A stretch of DNA of 39,686 bases, from positions 21,343 through 61,028 of the forward strand of contig CAZSPX010000001.1 of NCBI GenBank assembly GCA_964608885.1, read 5' to 3'. Every line of letters begins with the position of its first letter. Position 1 is the first letter of the stretch. The translations under genes and the position numbers were made by a program. Source of the DNA: an uncultured Anaerolineaceae bacterium (lineage in GTDB: Bacteria; Chloroflexota; Anaerolineae; Anaerolineales; Villigracilaceae). The notes below the pieces were generated by a model. The model searched no databases and had not been told where the DNA came from. It worked only from the letters and a program-made list of their open reading frames with translations. Of the stretch, positions 28,226-37,300 are shown in pieces.

Positions 28226-29128
28226 ATGAATGTACTCATTTCGGGGGGGACCGGCTTCATCGGCCGGTGGTTGGCCGCCTCTCTCCTTGGCGATGGGCAC
28301 AAGGTCTGGGCCCTGAGCCGGGATGCGGAGCAGAAGAGCGCCGTGGAAGGATTCGAAGTCGTCCAGTGGGATGGGAGCACACCTGCGGGCTGGGGCCACC
28401 TGATGAACGAGATGGACGCGGTGGTCAATCTGGCGGGGCGCTCGCTCGATTCCTGGCCCTGGACAAAGGCGATGAAGCGGGAATTCCTCGAATCGCGTGT
28501 AAACGCCGGGCGGGCCCTCACGGAAGCGATCCGGATCGCCGATAAAAAGCCGGCTGTTCTCCTGCAGGCTTCCGGTATCAATCATTATGGGCTTCAGGGC
28601 GAGCTGGCCGATGAATCCACCCCTCCCGGCGAGGATTTCCCGGCCCGCCTCACGGTCGATTGGGAGGATTCCACACGGGGGGTCAAAGCCATGGGAGTCC
28701 GGCGGGTCGTGACGCGTTCGGCGGTTGTTCTTGCACAAGGGGAAGGGTTGCTGCCTCTCATGAGCCTGCCTGTCAAATTATTCATCGGCGGGCGGCTGGG
28801 GGAAGGCACACAGGCCATGCCGTGGATCCATATCGCGGATGAGATCGGGGCCATGCGGTTCCTTCTGGAACATGAGGAGGCGCGCAGCGTTTTCAACCTG
28901 ATCGCTCCCCAGCCGACCTCGAACGAGCTCTTCATGCGCGGATTGACCCGGGCGCTCAAGAGACCCTATTGGTTTCCCACTCCGGCCTTCCTGCTGCGTT
29001 TTGTCCTGGGCGAGATGAGCGTGATGGTCACCCGGGGACGGTACAGCCAGCCCAAGCGGCTGTTGGAAATGGGGTATGATTTCAAATTCCCAACGCTTGA
29101 GCTTGCGCTGGCCGATCTATTTTCCTGA
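28226..29128 (+). CDS. TIGR01777/YfcH-like NAD-dependent epimerase family protein (with C-terminal DUF1731-like region)
   Basis: 300 aa. MNVLISGGTGFIGRWL Rossmann motif, VVNLAG, and a C-terminal GRYSQPKRLLEMGYDFKFP. GGAG RBS. Confidence 0.85.
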   Translation: MNVLISGGTGFIGRWLAASLLGDGHKVWALSRDAEQKSAVEGFEVVQWDGSTPAGWGHLMNEMDAVVNLAGRSLDSWPWTKAMKREFLESRVNAGRALTEAIRIADKKPAVLLQASGINHYGLQGELADESTPPGEDFPARLTVDWEDSTRGVKAMGVRRVVTRSAVVLAQGEGLLPLMSLPVKLFIGGRLGEGTQAMPWIHIADEIGAMRFLLEHEEARSVFNLIAPQPTSNELFMRGLTRALKRPYWFPTPAFLLRFVLGEMSVMVTRGRYSQPKRLLEMGYDFKFPTLELALADLFS

Positions 29129-29182
29129 CGGGTAATTCAGCATTCCCGGGCCACCCGTCAGATCCTTCAAAGGAGTCTACCC

Positions 29183-29863
29183 ATGAAACGTGTCTTGATC
29201 TTGCTGGCAGTGATGGTGTTGACCGGATGCGCGTCTCGCATCCCCCAGATCCCAACACTCCCATCCGAGTATCTGAACGCTCCCACGCCCTATATAGCCC
29301 CCTCCTATCCCACTGCCGAAGCCCAGGTGCTGTCCTCAAACCAGCTCATGAGCGGCGTGGATGTGCGTATTGACCGCGCCTGGCAGGACGGGAAACAGCT
29401 GAATGCCGATGTCTGTTTTACCCTACCGGACGACTCCGACTGGTCCATCTGGAAGGCCAGCCTGCAGTTCGCAGGAACGACCGTGACCGATTTTGGCACC
29501 ACGCTTCAAAGCCTTCAGGCGCCTGCCGATGGACAAACCGGGCAGCGCTGCGATACGATCAACTTCTATGTGCCTCCGGACGCTGACCTGACCAACACCA
29601 CCATCACGATCGAAGCCATCGCTGCACCTCCACGTGAGGGCGAGTACTGCGATCTATACCTGCCCAAGATCCAGACCGCGCTTCAATCGCGGGGCGTGGC
29701 CATCGCGATCGGGTGCACGCCTGACGCGAACGGAGTTCAGAACCTGCAGATCACCAGTTTCCCTCCCGAAATGACGCAGGAACAGGCGGAGGCGATCGTA
29801 TTCAGCGACGAGTTCTATTCCATCCCTGGCCCCTGGGTCTTCACCTTCAACCTGGCGCAATAA
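29183..29863 (+). CDS. Hypothetical lipoprotein
   Basis: 226 aa. Signal peptide with lipobox MKRVLILLAVMVLTGC. AAGGAG RBS. No recognisable family. Confidence 0.65.
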   Translation: MKRVLILLAVMVLTGCASRIPQIPTLPSEYLNAPTPYIAPSYPTAEAQVLSSNQLMSGVDVRIDRAWQDGKQLNADVCFTLPDDSDWSIWKASLQFAGTTVTDFGTTLQSLQAPADGQTGQRCDTINFYVPPDADLTNTTITIEAIAAPPREGEYCDLYLPKIQTALQSRGVAIAIGCTPDANGVQNLQITSFPPEMTQEQAEAIVFSDEFYSIPGPWVFTFNLAQ

Positions 29864-29883
29864 GGGCAACTAGAACGGAGAAG

Positions 29884-29913
29884 CGAGCCCGGAGCCTTGC
29901 AGCCCCGGGCTCG
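29884..29913 (+). terminator. Hairpin downstream of the lipoprotein gene (terminator candidate)
   Basis: CGAGCCCGG (29884-29892) pairs with CCGGGCTCG (29905-29913): 9 bp with a 12-nt loop. Only a weak T-run (GTGTTAT) follows. Confidence 0.4.
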
Positions 29914-29945
29914 GTGTTATCCGCCTCTTCGCAGCGCCCCGGAAA

Positions 29946-29954
29946 TGTTATAAT
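29946..29954 (+). promoter_or_regulatory. Extended -10 promoter element (TGtTATAAT) for the tyrS leader
   Basis: TGTTATAAT at 29946-29954. Six nt downstream lies the ATG at 29961 of a 12-codon ORF, so the predicted transcription start coincides with that ATG. Confidence 0.45.
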
Positions 29955-29960
29955 CGGCGA

Positions 29961-29999
29961 ATGTTCAAAACCGTTTATTACTCTTATTTACGTCTCTAA
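29961..29999 (+). CDS. Candidate Tyr-rich leader peptide (MFKTVYYSYLRL) of a tyrS attenuator
   Basis: ATG TTC AAA ACC GTT TAT TAC TCT TAT TTA CGT CTC TAA: 3 Tyr codons out of 12. There is no SD, but it sits where a leaderless start is predicted. The stop lies 7 nt upstream of the antiterminator arm. Confidence 0.3.
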   Translation: MFKTVYYSYLRL

Positions 30000-30005
30000 T
30001 GGTTC

Positions 30006-30050
30006 CGATGGTGATTGAACGCGCCCACCATCGCGGGCGCGTTTTTATTT
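30006..30050 (+). promoter_or_regulatory. Transcription attenuator in the tyrS 5' leader: mutually exclusive antiterminator and intrinsic terminator
   Basis: Terminator: AACGCGCCC (30018-30026) / GGGCGCGTT (30035-30043), followed by TTTATTT. Alternative helix: CGATGGTG (30006-30013) / CACCATCG (30026-30033), which uses the last base of the terminator 5' arm and its loop. No promoter-like sequence lies between it and the tyrS RBS. Confidence 0.55.
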
Positions 30051-30099
30051 CAAATGCCGGCGGGGCATGAGTGCCTCGGAGAATCGGGTGGAGGATGAC

Positions 30100-31311
30100 A
30101 TGGAAATTGACGAGCAAGTCGAGCTTTTGATGCAGGGGACTGAATATGGCGATGAAGAGCTGAAAAAAGCCATGTCCGCCGAGCTGCGTGAGCGGCTGTT
30201 GCTGGCCAAGACAGAAAACCGCCCATTGCGGGTATATTGCGGTTACGACCCCACCTCCAAAGATCTCCACCTGGGCCACACCATTACCATGCGCAAGCTG
30301 CGGCAGTTCCAGGAACTGGGACATGAGGTCACCTTCCTGATCGGCAGCTATACCGCCCTGGTCGGAGACCCATCAGATAAGAACAAGGCGCGCCCAATCC
30401 TAAGCCAGGAACAAGTGGCCGAGAACGCCCGGACCTATTCCGAGCAGGCGTTCCGGGTGCTGGATCGCAAAAAAACTATTGTGCGGGCAAACGGTGAATG
30501 GCTGGCAGAGCTTTCCCTGCTGGACCTGATCCGCCTCGGGCAGAACTTTACGGTGCAGCAATTCCTGGCCCGCGAGAATTTCTCCAACCGGCTGGATAAA
30601 GGCGAACCGATCTATCTGCACGAGACATTCTACGCCCTCATGCAGGGATATGACGCCGTGGCCATGAAGACCGACATCCAGGTGGGCGGTACAGACCAGT
30701 TGTTCAACATCATTGTTGCGGGGCGCAAGCTTCAGGAGGCGCTAGGGCAGAAACCGCTGGTGGGCATCATCTGCGGGATCCTGCCCGGCACGGACGGAAT
30801 CCTGCGGATGTCCAAATCCACGGGCAACATTGTCCCGATCAACACCACTCCGGAGGACATGTACGGCAAGGTCATGTCCGTTCCGGATTTTGCCATGGGG
30901 AAATTCTACCGGTTGGTGACGCGGTTTTCGCCTCACGAGATCGAAGGCATCGAAAAGGCTCTCGCCGCCGGAAGCCTGCATCCCCGGGATGCCAAGATGC
31001 GGCTTGCCCACGAAATCACCAGCATTTTTTACGGCGAGTCCGCGGCCGGAGCCGCCCAGGAAGCTTTCGTCAGGACATTCCAGCAAAAAGAGACTCCGGA
31101 AGAAATGCCGGAGTATCAATTGAAGCCGGAGGAAACAGTGCTGGACGTGATCCTTTCGGCGGGCCTGGCGGAAAGCCGAAGCAAAGCGCGCGCCCTCATA
31201 GACCAAAAAGGTGTCCGGCTGGATGGTCGAACACTGGAGCGCGGGGATGTGTTATTCCCGCACCCCGGTGTCTTGCAGGTCGGGAAGCGCCGTTTCCTGC
31301 GCGTGAAGTAA
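30100..31311 (+). CDS. tyrS: Tyrosine--tRNA ligase
   Basis: YCGYDPTSKDLHLGH (HIGH motif), RMSKSTGN (KMSKS motif), and a C-terminal S4-like domain (ESRSKARALIDQKGVRLDG). I preferred the ATG at 30100 (GGTGGAGGA RBS 5 nt upstream). The track ATG at 30067 has no RBS. Confidence 0.9.
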   Translation: MEIDEQVELLMQGTEYGDEELKKAMSAELRERLLLAKTENRPLRVYCGYDPTSKDLHLGHTITMRKLRQFQELGHEVTFLIGSYTALVGDPSDKNKARPILSQEQVAENARTYSEQAFRVLDRKKTIVRANGEWLAELSLLDLIRLGQNFTVQQFLARENFSNRLDKGEPIYLHETFYALMQGYDAVAMKTDIQVGGTDQLFNIIVAGRKLQEALGQKPLVGIICGILPGTDGILRMSKSTGNIVPINTTPEDMYGKVMSVPDFAMGKFYRLVTRFSPHEIEGIEKALAAGSLHPRDAKMRLAHEITSIFYGESAAGAAQEAFVRTFQQKETPEEMPEYQLKPEETVLDVILSAGLAESRSKARALIDQKGVRLDGRTLERGDVLFPHPGVLQVGKRRFLRVK

Positions 31312-31344
31312 TCGGCTTTTCCCCATATTTCGCAATTCGAGGGC

Positions 31345-34300
31345 TCATCCCTCGGCAGTCAGGTGCTCCTCATCCACCATTTTGAGGAACTCATTTGCGA
31401 TCTCTGGATCGAATCGGGTACCAATCTCACCCCGGATATAATCGATCACCTTTTCGCGCGGCCATGCCTTCCGGTACGGGCGGTCATAGAGCAGTGCATC
31501 CCACACATCCACCAGCGCAAATATCCGTGCTGACAGCGGGATCTCCTCGCCTTTGAGCCGGTTGGGATAGCCCTCCCCATCCCAGCGTTCGTGATGTGCA
31601 TAGGGGATGTCCACCGCGGGCCGCAGGTACGAGATCGGGTGGAGGAGATCATAGGCGTATTGCGGGTGCTTGCGCATTTCCACCCATTCCTGCTCGTCCA
31701 GCGGACCGGACTTCTTGAGAATATGGTCAGGGACCGCCATCTTGCCAATATCATGCAGAAGCACACCGCGGCGCATGCTCACCAGTTCTGTTTCAGGAAC
31801 TCTTAAGCGGCGCGCAAGGCGCAGGGTCAGATCCGTAACGCGGAGAGTGTGACCCTGGGTCTCACGATCACGAAGCTCCAGGGCTTTGCCCCAGCCCTCC
31901 AGGGTGGTGTCGTAGGCCAGGGACAGCTCCTGGTTGGAACGCTGAAGATTGTCAAAAAGCTGTGAGTTGTCGATTGCAATGGCTGCCTGGCCGGCCATAG
32001 TCTGGAAGAAGTCCAACCAATCTGCCTCGGGCGGAGGCGCCTGTCGGTAATAGACCTCCAGAATACCCTTGACCTGTCCCTTGCTGATAAGCGGCGTGGC
32101 GAAATATCTGATAAACCGTTCCTGGCGGGCAAGGTCCTTGCGGTGGAATTGAGGCTCACTACCCACATCCTCCACGCGGATCATCTTCCGCTCCAGCAGG
32201 GCTTCATCCAGTATCCTGCCGGAAGCCCGTAGATTGGTCTGGATCAGCGCGGCCTGCCGGAAACCCAGGCTGGCAATATGATCCAGAGCGCGCATTTCGG
32301 GGTTGTAGGAGAAGATCGCGGCAGCGTCGGCATGTAGTTGTGAAACGGTATGGTCGAGGAGGATGTTGAGGGTAACACGCAGATCAAAGCTGGAGGCAAT
32401 GGCCGTATCCACATCCCGGAGGGCTGTCAGGCGCTTGACCTGCCCCTCGCTCTGGTCAAAAAGCTGTGCGCGATGGATGGCGTTTCCGGATATCTCGGCA
32501 AGAGTGGTGAGCAGTTGTACCTGGGCGGGCTCAATCCTGCGCGGCCTCGGAACGGCCACGAACATGACACCGATCGTCTGGGAGGATGTGCTGATGGGGA
32601 TTCCCACGCCCGCCCAGCCGGTCTCAACTCCCTCTCCCAGGTCCTTCGCTGAGAGCGCATCACTGCCAAAATCATGGATGAGGAGGACCTGGCCGTTCCG
32701 GAAGATCTGCCCGGCAATGGACTGGTTGGACTGGATCTGTTTCAATCCGGCCTGGCTCAGCCAACCACTGGAGACCTTGCGGTCGAGCTGATTTGTCACT
32801 GGGTCATGCAGCCAGATCGAAGCTGCGTCCGTATCGATGACCTTCAGCACCTCCCGGAGGAGGACTGGAGGAACCTCATCGGGCCGGCTCAGGGCCCGCA
32901 GGGCAAAGGTAACCCGGCCCACCACCTCCAATTCCTCCATGCGCTTGCGCGTCTCCTGGTACAGGCGTGCGTTATCGATGGCCGCAGCGGCCTGATAGGC
33001 AAAGGTTCGTGCCAGGGCGGCCGACTTTTCGTCGAAGGTTCCCACCTCATAGCTATCCAGCGTGATATATCCCACCACCTCGCCGCGGGTCACGAGCGAG
33101 ACGCCCATCCAGCCACGTACGCTGTCTGCCGCAGCCCAGCGCTCAAAGCGGGAGTCGACCTGGGCATCGTACAGAATCACCGGCTCGTTGTTATTGGCGT
33201 CGATGGCCAGCAAAAGCTTGTTGTCTGAGGGGAAGGTCTGGTGCATCGCCTGTGTCTGGTTCGGCAGCCCCTGTGCGGCTGTGATGCGGACTTTGTCGCC
33301 TTCAAGAAGAAGGATCGAGCCGCTGTCGAACGGAACCACCTGCCTTAAGGCGGTAAGGATGGTCTCAAGCACCTGCTGCGGGTCCAGGGAGGATGTCACC
33401 GCGGAAGCGGCCAACCGGAGATTTTCTGCCTCCTCGCGGCGCTGCTGTTCCAGCTCGAATAGACGGGCATTCCCGATGGCGTTGGCGGCATTATTTGCGA
33501 CTGCCAGGGCCAATTCCTCGTCTTCCCGGGTGAAATGTCCGGGCTCGCTGCTATCCAGGGTTGCCATGCCGATCGTAGTATTGCGGACGAGGATGGGGAT
33601 GGCAAGCGTGGAGCGCAATTCAGAGATCCCCGGGATCCAGCGATAGCGATCATCCGTGAGCGTATCTTCGATCCGGACCGGTTTTCGGGTCTCGATGACC
33701 TCACGGTTGAGGGGAAAATCTTCCAACAGCAGGTTGTTGCCCCGGTGGAGAGTATCCGGGGGGAAACCGATGGCTGCCGAGATCCGAAGCCGGTCGCCTT
33801 TCAAGAGCTGGATGGAACCGGAATCGCAGGGAATAAGCTGGATGAGATGGCCGAGAATGGTCTGATTGACCTCGTCCAGATCGAGAGAAGAGGCGGCGAG
33901 GCGCATCATTTCGAGCATGGTTGCCTCGCGCAGGCGCAGTTTGTTCTCCGCTGCAAAGGAGCGGGCGTTCTGGATCGCCACGGCTGCCTGCTGCGCAAGG
34001 CTGCTCAGAAAGTTCAGTTCCGAAGGGCGGAATTCCTTGTCGGCTCCTGTTCGCCATACCACGACCAGGCCGGTCAATTGGTCCTTGTTCAATACCGGGA
34101 CACCCATGATATGCTCAGCCGGATTGGTCTCGGTCCCCTTGATGGTGATCGCGCGCGGGTCAGCCGGTGCATAGTTGACGATCTCGCCGGTCTTGCTCAG
34201 GGCGATCTGTCCGGCGATCCCCATCCCGAGGACTACAGGATCGTTCTTGATCTCCTCGGCGTCGGCGCCGATCACTGAGATGCCATGCAGCTGCCCATCT

Positions 34301-37300
34301 TTCTCGTCCATCATGTAAACGGCGCTGGTCTCCACGTCCAGCAGGTCTTTGGCGTACCAGGCAATACGCTCCAGAACCTGGTCCAACTGCAGCGTGGAGG
34401 AGACATCCCGGCCCACCTGGGCCACGGCTGCCGACTCCTGGGCGCGCTGTACCGTTTCCTGGAACAGGCGGCTCATCCCAATGGAAATGGAGGTCTGGTG
34501 GGCAATACTGATGAGGAAATTAAGCTCGGATTCGTTGAAGAGCCCATCGGCCCGAAGCCTCCAGGCGTTGATCGCACCGATGGACTGGCCCCGCAAGATC
34601 AGGGGGGATGACATCATGGTCTCGACTTCGCCATCTTCGTTGGGAGTGCCAGGGACGGTAATGGTGCGCGGGTCGCCGCGGGTATCGTTGACGATCTCCG
34701 ACTTCCCGGCAGCGATCACATTGCCGGTGATTCCGATCCCCACCTGGATTGTGTGCGAGATCAACTGGTCGCTATAGGTGCCTTTCGCGGAAACGATCTT
34801 GACGGTCTTGTTGTCATTCTGCACCAGATAGATCGCGACATGGCTGGCTTTCAGAAGCTCAAGTGTCCTTTGAGAGACCTTGTCCAGCAGATGCCCCATT
34901 TCCTGGGTGGTGGCGAATTCGTTCGCAATATCGGCCAGGGCTTCGATGATCCTGGTTCGCCGCCGCTCCTCCTGGAAGGTCCGGGCGTTGGCGATGGCAA
35001 TGCTCGCCTGGTTGGCAAAGATCTCTGCCAGGCGGATATGCTCCTCCGTATAGAAATTGGATTGAGAGTGGTCGATCGCCAGCATGCCCAGCAGATCGTC
35101 CCCCACCAATAAAGGTACGCCCAGCCAGGAATGAATATGGCTGTGCGGGCCATCCTGGAAGGGCTGGAACAGGTCGGGGGCATTCCCGAGACGCAGCGAC
35201 CGACGTTCTCGAATCACCCGGGTATTCGGATTGTCTCCTGGTACAGGGAATCGCATGCCGAGTACCCGGGAGGGGTCTTCCCAGCCTGCGCCCCCCACGA
35301 TCTCAAGGAATCCATTGTTCAGCAACTGGACAGAGGCTGTTCGATAGGGCACAACCTTGGCCAGTTGATCCAGAATATGTTGTATGGATTGTTCCTGGTC
35401 AAGGTCGGAGGCCATGGTGGCAAGCGATTCGCGCAAGGTCTCGGCTTCGCGCCGCCGCTGTTGCTCGGCATCAAACAAGTGAGCGTTCTGAATGGCAATG
35501 GCAGCCTGATTTGCAAAGGTCTGAACGAGGGAGGCCTGCTCCTGCGTGTAAAAGCCTTCCTTTTGATTGTACAGGTTGATAAACCCGATCAGTGTGTCCT
35601 GGGCAAACAGAGGGATTCCCATCCAGCCATGGAGCTGGTCCCTGTCTTTCATATCCGCAAAGTGATCATCTGACTGGATGTCGGGGATAAGGATCGGATC
35701 GCGAGATGTGCTGAGCTTCCATTTTTCACGATCAATGGAATATTGCGTTCCGACCGTTTCGGGGGCAAGATTTCGTCCTGCAGCCGTCCTGATAATATTC
35801 CCCTCGATAAGCTCTACGGACGCGATCTCGTATGGGGCAAAGGTCACGAGCAGGTCGAGCGTCGTGTTCAACAGGGTATCAAGGTCGAGGGAGCTCGTGA
35901 GAGCTGTGGTGGCTTCTCTCAGGCGGATGGCTTCACGCGCCCGGCGTGTCTCGGCCTCGAAGAGTTGGCTCTTCATCAGGGCGGTGGACAGCCCGCCTGC
36001 AATGGTATTGATCAAACGCTCATCGGCCTCGTCGAAAGCATCAGGCTGGCAGCTTTCGATGTTAATCACACCGACGACCTTATCTTCCGAGACCAGGGGG
36101 ACACACAGCTCGGAGCGTATGCCAGGCTGGACCTCCACGTATTCGGGCATGGTTCCAACCTCACCGCTGCGGAAGGCGCGGCCGCTGGAGATCACCACAC
36201 CTGCAACACCCGTGTCGATACCTGACTTCTGCATCAATTCGGCTTTTATCCCGCCCCGGTATGATCCGTGGGGTTGAAGCGATCCGGTGGGCTCATCGAT
36301 CAACAGAATACCGCAGTTGTCAGGCTTGAGGGTGTTGTAAATAATGTCTGTGATCGTAGTGATCAGTTCGTCACTATCCGTGAGATTCGCATTTGTAACC
36401 GCAGCAGAGTGCAGCATGGTCAATTCCATCAACTGGCGCGAAGCTGCGCTCGAAGCCGCTTCACGCTGGATGGCGCTGCTCAGGATGTTCGCAGCGGTGC
36501 GAAGCGTTTCCACCTCGTTCTGTGTCCAGACGCGTTCGCGAAGACAATCATCCAGTCCGATCAGCCCCCACCACTCCTCGCCCACCATGATCGGAACGAT
36601 GATAATGGAGAGGATATTCTCGCGCAGGAATTCGGCCTGCTCCCCGGGTAACAGTTGGCGGGTGATGGAAGATATGGGCTCACCTTTCGCCAGAAGCTCC
36701 CCCCAGCGCGAGAGTCCTTCCTCGGTCAGATCGAAATCCTTCAAAACTGGATCATCGATCATGGGCTGGATCCCGGCAGCGCACCATTCGAACAGCTGGG
36801 ATATTACGGCCCGGGGCCCTTCCCCGGCGGTTCTCTTGAAAATATATACCCGGCTGGCCTCGGCTGCCAGTCCAAGTTTTTCCAGAATGGATTGGATATT
36901 GGTGGTCCAATCGGCTGATTTCAGAAATTCATCTGCTGCAAAGGCGATGGAGCCCAGAATGGCTTCCCTCCGCTCCACATTTCCCCGGGCGATTTTCTGT
37001 TCTGTAATATCGTGGAACATGGCAAGGATGCACTGCTTGCCATTCAGATTGATAATCTCATAGAACGCAGAAACATCGAGAATCTCGCCGGATTTTCGGG
37101 AGAAAATATCCTCGATATTCCGGAGGGACCGCTCGCGGTCAAGCTGTTCCAGAAACACCCGGTGTTTCTCAACACTATTGGAGCCAATCTCGAGGACCGA
37201 ACGGCCCAGAAGTTCCTCAGGCAGATATCCGCTCATGGCCCAAAAGGCCGGATTGGCTTCGATCAACCGGCCTTCTTCCCAGGTGGTAATACATGTCGGG

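Noticed and set aside
29961-30050. A T-box riboswitch upstream of tyrS.
   Set aside because: The leader from the predicted start to the terminator is only about 85-90 nt. It has no recognisable Stem I/specifier-loop architecture and no AGGGUGGNACCGCG-like T-box sequence. A UGGU and an ACCA are present, but they pair with each other. The leader-peptide model explains the helices better. An Rfam scan is still needed.
31936-36978. A ~500-bp periodicity that could be mistaken for a DNA repeat array or CRISPR-like structure.
   Set aside because: The periodicity is the protein-level GAF domain repeat inside one continuous ORF. The units are highly diverged at nucleotide level, and there are no identical direct repeats or spacers.
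31936-36978. Bilin-binding (phytochrome/cyanobacteriochrome) GAF domains within the ten-GAF array.
   Set aside because: I found no conserved Cys-His chromophore-attachment motif or DxCF motif in any unit. Cysteines are sporadic (for example ELCVPL, DDCLRE).
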